A stretch of 64,000 nt of DNA from positions 51,088,001-51,152,000 of the forward strand of contig OZ024748.1 of the NCBI GenBank assembly GCA_964016885.1. Direction: 5' to 3'. The notes beneath the pieces are model-generated. The model was not told where the DNA came from and made no database searches. It saw only the letters and a program-made list of their open reading frames with translations. Below, piece by piece: positions 13,908 through 27,009 of the stretch. Source of the DNA: Eledone cirrhosa (Eukaryota). A program made the translations under genes and the position numbers. How positions within the stretch are numbered: position 1 is the stretch's first letter; each line of letters starts with the position of its first letter.

Positions 13908-15236
13908 TTATCTATCTATCTGCTTTCATTTTAATGTTGCTCCCTGCACATTTATCCACCTTTCAATTAATTAATTTGTCTGACTGTATTTCTACTTATT
14001 AAACTATCATTACTGAGGTCACATCTAATTAAGTAGCTAAGTGCCTATCAATTGATGAAACAAACTATTTATTCCAATCGTCTACTGGGCAGACTGAAGT
14101 ACGAATATTTAAAATGTCATGTCCAGAGGCTCAAAAGTGAAATTAAGGTTTAAACTCCTGACCACCTGAAGGAGAGAAAAGAACATACAGATTCAACTAC
14201 CATACGGGATGTCTAATTAGCAAGCCAATAGTTAATAACTGTAATTGAAAACCTGATAGGCTTCTGAGGCATATGGAGAAATTTGGAATCTGTGGAGAAT
14301 GGTAATGGTCTCAGCAACAATTATTCATTAAGAGAGATCTTAGTTTGATGAGTCCCAGTGTTGTAAAGAGTAAAGCATTGAATGTCTCAGAACCTTGCAT
14401 TGGCTATGTGTGGATATCTGCAAATGTGTGTGTGTGTGTAAGAGAGTGTAAGTGTGTATGTGTGAATATGTGAATATGTGAATGCTAGTATAGGTGTGTA
14501 TGTGTATATATATATATATATGTATGTATGCATGTTACTGTAGGTGTGTATGTGATTGCTTGTGTGTGTGTATGTGATTGCTTGTGTGTGTGCACGTGTG
14601 AGTATAGGTGTATATGTGATTATTTGTGTGTGTGTGTGTATGTGAGTGGCTGTGTGTATGTGTATAGAATGTGTGAATGTGTATACGTGTATGCAAGTGA
14701 GTTATGGATGTGAATGTTTGTGTGTATGTGATATTTACATGTGTACATATGTATATGTGTGAGTATCTGTTTACATGTGTGAATATGTCTAGGTGTATAT
14801 GTAAATGTTTGTGTGCATTTGTGTGTGTATATCTGAGTGTATGTGTATATGTGACTGTGTGCATGTGTGCATGGATATACAAATGGGGAAAGATGGTTCC
14901 AGGGCGAAATTTAATTTATTCATTCTCAATTAATTTGTTCAGTTTAATTCTACTCTGAGATTTGCTACTTCATATTAAATGAACACAAAGTGTTGGGAAA
15001 CTCAGAGTAGCAATGGACAGATTTAAACATCTGATATGAATTTCTATATATACACACACAATTGTATTTTGGCTCTGGAATATACTTGTTATTTACATTG
15101 AGCTATTTTCATACTTGCAGTTGGGTAATTTTTATTATTACCCATATTATATATATATTTATATATAAATATAATTATATATACACATATATACATTAAT
15201 TTCATATATATATATATAGAGAGAGAGAGAGATAGA

Positions 15237-15645
15237 AAAGTGGTTAGAGCATTGGGCTTGCAATCGAAAGGTTGTGAGTTCAATACTCAGACCGGGTAAT
15301 GTGTTGTTTCCTTGAGCAAGAGACTTTATTTCACATTGCTACAGTTTACTCAGCTGTAGAAATGAGATGATAGGACTATGGTCCCTATCATTCCACTGCA
15401 AAGTGGTCGTGGAGGTGCCACGGTAAAAAAGCACCCAGCCCACACTGTAAAGTGGACGTGTAGGTGCCACGGAAAAAAAGCACCCAGCACTCACTGTAAA
15501 TGAGGTTGGTGTTAGGAAGGGCATCCAGCTGTAGAAATCAAGCCAAAATCAGTTAGCGTATGAGCAAGACAAGGTCAGCCGACCGAACACTGCCCACAAC
15601 AGGACAACCCTAGCATGGAAGAACGGACGTAAAACATGATGAGAG
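15237..15645 (+). mobile_element. SINE-B (tRNA head, CORE-like domain, RTE-type tail)
   Basis: agtggttagagc...gagttcaat head; ccttgagcaag..ctttatttcac..cagtttactcagctgtagaaatgag resembles the CORE domain; aggaagggcatccagc motif; tail ends ctagcatggaagaacggacgtaaaacatgatga. Confidence 0.85.
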
Positions 15646-15713
15646 AGAGAGATGAGATGAGTAAAATCCTGACTGCGCCACCAAGTGGTTTCATCTGAAA
15701 CTGGTTGGCGTAG

Positions 15714-15737
15714 GGAACTTTTTGATACCACCTCATA
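15714..15737. mobile_element. Single Tc1/mariner-type terminal inverted repeat
   Basis: Reverse complement reads TATGAGGTGGTATCAAAAAGTTCC, resembling mariner TIRs abutting TA; partner end not found. Confidence 0.5.
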
Positions 15738-17234
15738 TATATGTATGTACATATATATGAGAAAATTCAACAAGGAACATCAACGCAGGAGTACGGTAAA
15801 GTGCAATGACCCAGGATGATTTGAATGTAGAAAATACAAAGAGCTGCAAAAATAGTACAAACCATTCTATGTAATGTTCTAATGACATTGTCAATTCACC
15901 ACCTCAGCTAGTATGTAATATATCTGAGCTTTTGTACTGTTCTGCACTCTAAACTATTTTACCAAATTATATTTCACTTTATATGCTACACGACACTATA
16001 CAAGAGACTACACTAGACTTGTATACTAATGTACAATTTCCAGAGAATTGGTACAGATGGAACAAAGAACAGTGAAACTTCTTACTCAGTGGCAGTAATA
16101 ACAATCTCTCTACATGCATGAAGGAACCGGTAGAAAAAAAAAACTTCCAATATATTAATTATAACCAAAATCAATACTGTCTCTCAGACCGATTTACTGA
16201 CCGAAAAATCCTAATTTGGCTTCAATTTCTTTACAGACATATATATACATACATATACATACATACACACATACACATACATATATGTGTGTATTTATGT
16301 ATATGTATTTGTGTGCTTATACATATACACATGCATTAATACTTATTTGTATGTATATGATAAATTTATTTATTTGTTTATAATTGTATTTTAGAGTTTT
16401 GTTTCCTTTTTTTTTTTCGTTTATTTTCCTCTATTGGTACAACAACAACAAGAAGTGCAAAGCATACAATTTTACAATAAGTATATGTTATGTACAGTAC
16501 AAAATATCGTCACACGATATAATGAATAGTAAAGCATATATATCTTCTAGTAATACACACGTAGATATGGTACTGATAATAATAATGATAATGATCTAGA
16601 ATATAAAGGAAAGTTGTCTGGGTTAAAGTGAGAAATTAGAGAATGAACACCCACAAAATATACGTTATTGTTTCTTACCCCACTGGACAAGTAATGGTAG
16701 TATTTATTTTGTTGTATAAAACAGTAATTTATATCAAATTTAATTCTATTTATTTTCCCCGTGTTCATAAAAAAATAATCTGGCCATTTTCTTTTCAAAT
16801 TGTCTCTCTCCATTTTGTAGAGGTCCAAGAGGATGAGAGATAGCGAGAGATGAGAGAATATGAGAGTGATAATCTGAGAGAAATAGGAAATAGAATAAGT
16901 GAGGGTTATATATCAAGAGACAGAGAGGTGGAGAGAGAGAGAGAGAGACAACATTTTATCAAGATTTTAAAGAGAAAGGGGAAAATTTGTTACAGAGAGT
17001 GAGGTTGACAGCGTTCTTTGATCATAATGTTTGCAACAAAATATATACATAATGTAACCCATGCTAGCGTGGAAGATGGACGTTAAACGAAGATAATGAT
17101 GATGATGATGATATATATATATATATATACACACACAGACACACACACACATATATATACATGCATGTGTGTGTATATGTGTTTCTACTTACACAAAACT
17201 TTGAAACATTTGCTTCAGTTGTCATTTAAACCAG

Positions 17235-17265
<31 letters not shown>

Positions 17266-17442
17266 GGGGGTATAGAGTCTGCAGTACTGAGACCGAGGTG
17301 ATGACTAATCATGTAAGTACTCTATACATGGGTAGAAGTGGATTGAGTATAGACATAAATAAAATCCTGACCGCGGTATCAAGCAGTTTTGGCTTGTGTG
17401 ACACAAGCTGAAACTGCTTGGTGCTGCAGTTAGGACTTTATA

Positions 17443-17475
<33 letters not shown>

Positions 17476-17739
17476 GTGTGTTTGTGTGTGTGAATGAATT
17501 AATTCCGTCGGAAAGGTCCAGGAAAAAAGAGTGCTCTATGTAGGTTACAGAGCTTAATAATTATGTAATAAACAACATAAGATAATTATTTCATTTACCA
17601 GTGGTAAATGAAATAATTATCTTATGTTGAGAGGGCTCTGATCTCATCAGGTAAGTGGCATGGTGCTATATGTAGAAAAAAAGTAGGCATGCATGAACTC
17701 TATATGATATAAACAATGCGAATCTTGGACACACAAGTC

Positions 17740-17965
17740 TGCCACAGTGGGTGTGTAATGTTAATGTGCAAGAATAACAAAGCATCGATGAACTGAGAGA
17801 GAAACTGGGTATAAAACAAATCAGATGCAGTGTGCAAGAGAGGAGATTTTAATGGTATGGACATGTGATGCATACAGTTGGTGATCACTGTGTGAAGATG
17901 TGGCAAGTAATCCCTGCGGAAGGAAGCTGCAGTAGAGTAAAATCAAGGAAGGCTTGAGCAATGAC
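17740..17965 (+). mobile_element. Decayed RTE LINE 3' fragment
   Basis: Diverged copy of 54455-54820 (tgtgtaatgttaatgtgc..gagagagaaactgggtataa..gtgtgcaagagagg..tggtatggacatgtgatgc). Confidence 0.8.
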
Positions 17966-17985
17966 AAAGAAACACAACAGATGGT

Positions 17986-18541
17986 GAGATGCAGTACTGA
18001 AAAGGACCCAGCCAAACCATATAAGCATGGACGAGCAGATGTAAAATATTGCACTGGTTGAAGCATAAATCTAGTATGCAACACCCCCCCCCCCTTTCCA
18101 TACACCTCCTGCGTCCTAACATTTCACCTATGGCCCCCTAACATTACACTCTTCACTCATATCCTTATACACCACCTTCACCAGATAAGAGCCCCTGCCT
18201 AGATCCTAGATCCACCTTTCCAATACTTGTGCACCTCCACCACCACAGCCCTTAGTCCACACAATATAAAGTGGTTGTGTTGGTGCCATGACAAAAAGCT
18301 CCCAGAGCACATTGTAAAGTTATTATGTTGATAATATGACAAAAAATACCCAATATATACTGAAAATGAGTTTGAGCTTCAGAGGTTCATCCGGCCATAG
18401 AAAGAAAGCCAGAATCAGTTCTCTATGAGAAAAACATGGTCATCTGATCTGGCTTCTCTCACAATGGACAACTCATCTGATCCTTGCTGACATGGAAAAA
18501 TGGATGTTAAACAGTGATGATGATGATGATGACATATAAAT

Positions 18542-18573
<32 letters not shown>

Positions 18574-18711
18574 GTACATGAAAAGATTCAGGACCCTGGG
18601 AGGGGAGAGAAAGTGGTGCATACTATATGTATGCTTCAACCAGTGCATCATTTTACATCTGCTCTTCCATGCTTACAACGTTTGGCTGGGTCCTTTTCAG
18701 TACTGCATCTC
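17986..18711. repeat. ~100 bp inverted repeat pair (17986-~18085 / ~18612-18711)
   Basis: gagatgcagtactgaaaaggacccagccaaac... versus ...gtttggctgggtccttttcagtactgcatctc; a SINE-B tail fragment lies in the spacer. Confidence 0.85.
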
Positions 18712-19381
18712 CCCCGAAAGTGGAAGAGAGAAAGAAAGAGAAAGGAAGAGAAAGTAGGAGGAGATAGATATAGATATATCCAATAATTTATTTCTTAGTT
18801 TTTTTATAATAATGCTCTGTATACCATGACAGTCTTCTCACTGAGTTACCCTTACTATGAACAACAAAATTATTACTATTGTTTATTAACATTAGATTTA
18901 TTATCATTGCCATTGCTGCTATTATTATTAATAATAATAATGATTATTACGATGACGGCGCCTCCACCACCACCAACAGCAATGAATAGTTATTTCATTT
19001 AGGCATTTATTTGTTTGCTTATTTATAGGAATCCATATGATTATTTAAAATCTATATTTTCTGTAACCGTATGCACTGACATCCACAAATATATATTTAT
19101 ATACATTCTCTCTCTCTCTCACACACACACACAAACATATATATATATATATAAACACACATATATATATATGTGTGTGTTTATATGTATATATATCCCA
19201 TACACATAAAAAATATATATACATATATACAGATACACATGTATATGTTTACATATATATCTGCGTATGTGTGTGGTCACACGTTTATATAGGATATAAA
19301 CTGCTGATAATGGTAATTGTGATGATAATGATGATGATGATGATAATGATGATGATGATGATGATGATGATAATGATGATA

Positions 19382-19416
<35 letters not shown>

Positions 19417-19496
19417 ATGATGATAGCATCATTATCAATGCAAAGCCTGCCAATCTCTGACAAATTCATATGAAGACAGTATATTTTTCCAACACC

Positions 19497-19860
19497 AAAT
19501 AATTGTTTCTATTTTTGGCACAAGGCCAGCAATTACTCAGTGTATTACTGGTACTTTATTTTATCGACCCCGTAAGGATGAAAGGCAAAGTTAACATCAG
19601 CGGGATTTGAACTCAGATCGTAAAGGGACGTAACTACGCTGGAAAGCGTGTCTGACCCTCTACCAATACCAAATAATTATTTCTACTTTTGGCACAAGGC
19701 CAGCAATTATCCCAGTGTATTACTGGTACTTTATTTTATCGACCCCGTAAGGATGAAAGGCAAAGTTAACCTCGGCGGGATTTGAAATCAGACCATAAAG
19801 CATGGCGTCCGACCCTCTACCGATACTGCCAATCCACTGCCCTCTACCAATACCAAATAA
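19497..19860 (-). mobile_element. Two nested/tandem SINE-A copies
   Basis: The second copy is flanked by a duplication of ccctctaccaataccaaataat, which overlaps the head of the first copy. Confidence 0.85.
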
Positions 19861-20226
19861 TACAAGCAAATAATGTTTTTTTTTATTTTTATTTTTCACT
19901 GGAACCCAAACCAAACCAAAAGCTTTCTCCACTACTGAACAGTTGTACAGATATATTCAAAATAATCCTTCCATACCCACCCAACCAACATGCAAAAAAT
20001 ATATAGTAAATGAAAAAATTCCTAAGTATACTTCTAACTAGAGATGATGGTGTCCTCACACATCAGGGGTGGCAATAGGGTAACTGTTAGTTCACACACA
20101 CACACATATATATATATATACACATACTGTATAATCAACCAATAAACTTTGCGGAATATATATACACATATATATATATCAATGATATTAATAAATGTAA
20201 ACTATATTTATGGTTATATATATATG

Positions 20227-20527
20227 TTGTTATACTTTGGGAGGGTCATGTTGCCAATAAGAAACACACGCACCAGCTGCTTTCACTTCAATTTATTATA
20301 TATTTATAAATTTATATGTGCCACACATTTATATCTGCCACACATTTATATGTGCCACACATATAAATTTATAAATTTATAAATTTATAAATATATAATA
20401 AATTGAAGTGAAAGCAACTGGTGCGTGTGTTTCTTATTGGCAACATGACCCTCCCAAAGTATAACAATATCGGTTTCAACACACGATTTCAGATAAAGAA
20501 TCTTGCTAAACAAATTCAGAAACGAAA
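20227..20527 (+). mobile_element. Fold-back element family F1 (Penelope-like remnant)
   Basis: ~90 bp near-perfect inverted arms (20227-20316 / 20378-20467) followed by a single-copy tail atcggtttcaacacacg...cagaaacga; same family at 27010, 35190, 60101. Confidence 0.65.
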
Positions 20528-20850
20528 TATATATATATGCTTCTATATATATATATATGTATATATATGCTTATATATATATGCATATGTATATATATAT
20601 ATATATACATATGTGTGTATCTATATATGTATGTGTGTGTGTGTGTGTGTGTGTGTAACATGGGCTGAATCTAGAATTAAGTTAACTGACTATTTTACAC
20701 TTGAAGATATTATAAGCAGCTGCCTGGTCTTAAGTTGTTTGTCATTTATTGCTTTCTTCAGCCACTTCTACAATGACCTCTGTTCCTTTACAATGAATAA
20801 ACCATCACATATATATATATATATATATATATAAATACATATATATATAT

Positions 20851-21192
20851 ATCATCATTATCATCATCATTTCATTTTACGTCCACTTTTCCCTGCTTGC
20901 AAGGGTGGGATGGGAACTGATTCTGGCTTGATTTCTACAGCTGGATGCCCTTCCTAACACCAACCTCATTTACAGTGAGTGCTGGGTGCTTTTTTTCCGT
21001 GGCACCTCCACGACCACTTTACAGTAGAATGATAGAGACCCCAGTCTCTATCATCTCATTTCTACAGCTGAGTAAACTGGAGCAATGTGAAATAAAGTGT
21101 CTTGAACTCACAACCTTTGTGAAATAAAGAGAATTGAACTCACAACCTTTCGATTGCAAGGCCAATGCTCTAACCACTAAGCCATGTGCCAC
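20851..21192 (-). mobile_element. SINE-B
   Basis: Reverse complement of 33606-34000 with a small internal duplication near 21100-21150. Confidence 0.85.
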
Positions 21193-21250
21193 ACATATAT
21201 ATATATGTGTGTGTATATATGTATATATATATATATAATATATATATAAT

Positions 21251-21296
<46 letters not shown>

Positions 21297-24200
21297 TATG
21301 TGTGTGTGTATATATGTATATATATATGTGTGTGTGTGTGTACATATGTGTGTGCGTGAGTGATACAGATAATAATATCTGTTGAAAGATGGCCACTGCT
21401 CATTTAACCCACTTTGTTACCATGTTTCCAATGAAAGACACTGTTTAGGGGTTCTCAAACAATCAAGAAGTTGAATAGATTTAGCAATATAGCTAACTTA
21501 TTATTTATTTGACATTCAGAGTAGTGGATTAAAAGTACTGGTAGTATATAAGACGAAATGCTTTTGCAATATTTAGTTGTGAACTTCTATGATATGAGTT
21601 CAAATACTGCCATGGTCAACTTTGTTTTTCATCCCTTCTGAGGTTGAGAAAATAAGATACCAATAATGTACTGGGTTGCCCTAATCAACATTTTCCTTCA
21701 TCCAAAATTGCTGCTTTATGCCTATGCTAGAAAGAATTATTTATCTGTCATTTAGAATATAATTTAACAAAGGTTTCGTATATAAAATTATGATAGATTG
21801 TGTTTAGATGTGTAAAAGTGGAAAAATTTCAATCAACTAATGCTATCCCTGCAGTTCCAAGACCCAAATTCCTTTTAGGAAGTTTCAAACCAATCAAGTC
21901 AACAAGTGATACAAATCCTACAATCTGAGCTGATCCAAATTTTTTTAACAATTTTAAATGGTGTAGTTGAGTGGACATTGTCTTAATTCCAACCAACTGA
22001 CAGCAATAGACATGTTTCACTCTTGTTAGACCTTCTCAGTGAAGCAGATTCACTTAGCAGGGTCGCATAACTAGAATGATCGATTATTTATATAGAAAAA
22101 TTAGAAAAAATAATTGTACAGAGAATATGTGTGTCAAATATGGTAAGAGGTGAATTTTCTGCAAAATTTATACATAGAAAGATAGAGTCTCAGATTCTAT
22201 TTCAGATTTCCTAATACTTTTATCATTTATAGTGATTCTGTGTTTGGATTTCAACATTTCATATCTCTAATCAACCAAACATATCGTATCTCACTCTCTC
22301 TCTCTGTTTATTTATATATATATAATGTTTAAAATGGCCAGCACTCATCGGACATCACAAATAATTTTTCTCATTAGTGCTACAATTTCAATAAATTTAA
22401 AATTCCTTTGGCTTAACATTTCTAGTGAGACAGTATGCATTTATCTCTGTCACTAACTCTAATCATTGGGAAGATTTCCATGTAATTCTCTATATGTGTG
22501 TATGTTGTGTGTGTTTGTGTTATGCATCTATATGTGTGTATATGGGTGTGAGAAGTTGATTTAATTATAATTTCAACATATATTTTTAAAATTATCATTT
22601 CAAAAATAAATATTAACATACAATATTAATTTGGGGTGGAGAGAGAGATTACTTGTAAATATTGATACAATATTAGAAGAAGAAGAAGAAGAAGAAGAAA
22701 ATATGATTAAATAAATAAAGTGTTAATTGATGTATAAATTAATAAATAAAATATACTCCCTCCACCTCCTTTTTTTTTCATAAAGTGTCATTTTGAAAAT
22801 AAATATTATCAAAAGGAATAATAAATTTCCCAAAAATTATAAATACAGTTTGAATTTTAAAATAATAAGATGAAATAAAATTTCAAAAATAAAAGAAAAA
22901 AATTAAATAAATAAAAATATATGAGCTGGAAAGTTGAAGATCAAAGTTCGATATTAGTGGAGGATGAAGTATTGGGTGACGTATAGGGGTTAATAGGGTA
23001 ATAATATTTTTATTTATTCAATTATTTATTTATTTTTGTGATGTTGGATTCAAGAAGTAAACCAATAATTAACTTAGAAATAAAATTAGTTGTAAAATGT
23101 GAAATAAATGTATTTTAAAATAATATATAAATTATTTAAAAGAGAGAGAGAGAGGAAGAGAGAGGGAATGAATAAATTAAAAAATATGAATTGATAGCAT
23201 ATAAAGTATACTACGGACAATTTAGTATAAATTAAATATATCACATCATATACAGAGCAAATAATGAAGGAGGAGGAAGGAAGGAAGGAGGAGGAAGGAA
23301 GGAAGGAAGATGAGGAGGAAAGGAAGGGGGATGAGTAAAAAGAAGACAAAAGAAAGAAAGAGAAAGAAAGAAAGCTAAGCTCTAGCTACCACATTTTTAA
23401 GATCATAATAAACACTATAAACATTATCATGTTGTAATTATTTAGCCCTAGGTCAATCATGATTCAGCAGACCTATAATCAAAGACATTCCTGCTATTCT
23501 ATTTTTAATGTGCTTGAATCCAAGACCTGTCTTTTTTTAACCTTTGAACCCTAACCCTTACTATGTGTGATTTTTCCAACCCTGGATGTCCATATGAAAA
23601 TAATTAAAAAAAGATCATATGCCAATTAAGCCTATAAAAAGATAAGAAATATATAAACTTGATAAAAATGATGGCAGCGGCTTACTGAAGAATATAGAAT
23701 CTTCATAGTTTATGGTTGTATGTAGGCCCTTCATCTCAGACACAACATACAGCCACACTTTCTCCAGTGATAACCTGGTGCCATTGGAGATAGACCCAAG
23801 CTTTCTTGCCTGAAAAACTGAAGACCATAAGCTGTTGAAGTATTGAGTGCTTTCTGATAGGGTTGTTCTTGAAGCCTTGTTGATCTCCAAATTACTTCCC
23901 TAATCAATGATTTTGGGGTGCAATTGGCCACCCACAAAAGCGAGCCTTAGAAGTTGTGATGGCCATTATAAGGCATCCCCCTTGCTGTCCTCTGGGGGTA
24001 ATGCTGTCTCTATTTTCTCTACTGGGACCATGGAGTGGCTTGCACATACAGTTCTGAATACCAGAGAGCATTGTCACATGCTGGGATAGTGATGGTGTTG
24101 TTGATACCTACATACGGCAGCATGCATACACATAACCACAATTTCATAGAAATTTATTTTCCTTTCACTTTTGAAAGCAACAATGAAAAAAGACCACAGA

Positions 24201-24554
24201 ATCATAGAGAAAATGATTTAACTAACAACAGAAAACAGAAATATGCAACAGAACAGAATACCAGGCTGACAAAATTCAGTTCAATATGGTCAGGATCAGA
24301 ATACCAGGCAAACAAGCCTAATAGTAGAGTGTAATTTAAGGGAGATTTAGTAGCTATTTCTTGCAGTTGGAGCCACACAGTGCCACCCACTGATATAGGC
24401 AACAAGCCTCTTGCACAACAACAGAACAATCATACGTGTGCCCAATGTTGTGACTCCATGCTAGATATCTCTTCAATGTATCTGGCACATCATTCATTAT
24501 TTTCTCCTGAATCAGAAAATGGACAAGTCATGACTTGTTTTCTCAGCTGCCTCT

Positions 24555-24775
24555 AATAATTGTTTCTACTTTAGGCAAAAGGCCAGCAATTTTGAGAGAG
24601 GGGAAAGTCGATTAAATCGACCCAAGTGCTTTACTGGTGTTTTATTTATCGACCCCATAATGATGAAAGACAAAGCCAACCTTTAGCAGGATTTGAACTC
24701 AGAATGTAAAGGGCCGTAACTCTATGCCACAAAGCATGTTGTCCGACACCCAACTGATACTGCCAATCCACTGCT
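24555..24775 (-). mobile_element. SINE-A long variant
   Basis: Homology to other copies; contains the gtcgattaaatcgac hairpin insert. Confidence 0.85.
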
Positions 24776-25300
24776 CCAATAATACCTTTCTTTGGCCACC
24801 AGACCAAGGCCACTGAGCAGTAAGTCAACCCTGGTTCCAACAAATCCTCAGGCAACTATCTCTACAGGGTAACATGATGCTTCCCAGTTGCTGGTTTCAC
24901 AGAGGTCAACCAGCTCACTTAACTTTCTGTATTTGTTCTCCCTTTCAAAAGCATCATTCAGGCTTTCCTTCCAGGAGACAGTACGCTCCACCATCTTTAC
25001 TACCTACCTTTTCTTACACAGCTAGGTATGTCTGTGTCTCTTAATGGTAAAAAAGGGGAAATGGTATTTTTGGTATATATATATATATATATATGTGTGA
25101 ATATATATATATATTTATATTATGTTGTCTCACATTTATTAGCAGGGAAAATGGACATTAAACAACGATGATGATGTATATACATATATATATCAGAATG
25201 TGACGACGGCTCATCTAACCCGAGGAAGCATAGACAAATGGATATAAAATGGAGGTAACATACAGAAACCTACCTATACACACATGCACACACACACACC

Positions 25301-25339
<39 letters not shown>

Positions 25340-25432
25340 ATGTAAAAGGTAAACAGAAATAACAACATAATCGGTACAGTATATGGAAGGAATATATTAG
25401 GTTGACGCTTGAAATAGCAGGAGGAGGGTCTT

Positions 25433-25530
25433 CACCTGTCCCTTCAATCTATCTTATTTCTCATTCTTTCTTCTGATGAAGGACTAGCGTCTGAAACGTT
25501 GAGAAATAAGATAGATTGAAGGGACAGGTG
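25433..25530 (+). ncRNA. Putative minimal hammerhead ribozyme inside a perfect 31-bp hairpin
   Basis: CTGATGA at 25473-25479, stem-II-like ggac-tagc-gtct, GAAA at 25493-25496, then CGTT. Arms 25433-25463 and 25500-25530 are exact reverse complements. Confidence 0.5.
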
Positions 25531-25579
25531 GGGTAGAACTGGAAAAAATGTTTTTATAGAAAAAACACAGGTCCATTCA

Positions 25580-25623
<44 letters not shown>

Positions 25624-25626
<3 letters not shown>

Positions 25627-25818
25627 TGTAGGTAACACGGTAAAAACCTCCCAGTCCACACTGTAAACGTGGTTGGTGTTAGGAAGGGCATCCAGCCGTA
25701 GAAAACCCGCCAGACATTCCTATACGAGCAAGACAACCAATCTTGCCTCAAGTGGGAAAATTCCCATCCAAACCCATGCTAGCGTGGAAGATGGACGTTA
25801 AACGATGATGATGATGAT
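25624..25818 (+). mobile_element. SINE-B-type 3' fragment with alternative tail
   Basis: gttggtgttaggaagggcatccagccgtagaaa followed by aacccatgctagcgtggaagatggacgttaaacgatgatg. Confidence 0.75.
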
Positions 25819-25836
25819 ATATATAAATATATATAT

Positions 25837-26990
25837 ATATTTATTAAAATAACAGATTAAAGTTTAAGCAAAGAATCTCTGCTTTCACCCTTAACGGGAT
25901 CTTCTGAAACTATCAAAGTCAATCTGTAAACGCAGAAGTGAATATTTCAAAAAACGTTGCAACCGGAGGAATGTGTACTTCATGTTTTGGTTGACTTACG
26001 TCTCCGAACATTTGTGTAGTTACATGTAGGTATGTGTGTCCGCTTGTTATATACGTAATTATTTATTTATATACGTTTATTTATTTATTTATTTATTTGT
26101 ATACACGCATACACACACACACATATTTATATGTGCGTGGTTTTGTATACCTATGGTAAGTGTTTTCGCGTATGCTTGTTTTTACGTATTTGTATGCGTG
26201 TATGTATTTATTTAATTTCTATTACCTCTGTATTGTTTTTATTTACTTTGTTCTTAACTCTGAAGCGGAGATTCATTCGGTCTCCTAGTTAGCATTTTAG
26301 TCTACGACTTCTGCTATACTATTTACGTGGTTTTGTCTTTGCGTGCTATTGTTCTCCACGTTCCACATATGACGTATTATCTTCGTTTTTTTCGTTCATT
26401 GCCAGTGAATGTCTCTATGAACCACCTAAGAGAACATTAGTCTACGACCTCTTTTATACCATAAACGTGGTTCTGTCTTTGCGCGAAATTGTTTTTCACC
26501 GCTCCTATTAATGACGTATTCGTATATTCGTGGATTGGCACTATTGGTAGAGTGTCGGATGCCATGCTTTGGCGCATAGAGTTACGGCCCTTGCCATTCT
26601 GAGTTCAAATCCCGCCGAGGTTAACTTTGCCTTTCATCCTTACGGGGTCGATAAAATAAAGTACCAGTAATACACTGGATAATTGCTGGCCTTGTGCCTA
26701 ACGTAGAAACAATTATATTCGTTTTTTCCCGTTCTTTGCCAGGGACCGTTTCCACGAACCAAAGTATCACCCTCCTGTCTTCCTCAGGTTGCAACGTTTT
26801 TTTAAATATCCAGTTCTGCGTTTACAGATTGACTTTGATAGTTTCAGAAGATCCCGTTAAGGGTGAAAGCAGCGATTCTTTGCTTAAACTTTAATCTGTT
26901 ATTTTAATAAATATTTGCTCTACGGTTCTTATATATTTGATATATATTTATCCTTATCGAGCCCTCTTTGGATTTTAGTCTTTAAATTTA
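25837..26990 (+). mobile_element. Fold-back element family F2 with ~135 bp inverted arms (25837-25970 / 26780-26914) and nested SINE-A (26531-26716)
   Basis: Arms are nearly exact reverse complements; right arm ends in AATAAA plus an unpaired tail; the nested SINE has a 9-bp TSD tatattcgt (26523, 26714). Confidence 0.65.
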
Positions 26991-27009
26991 TTATTATTAC
27001 TATGTATAT

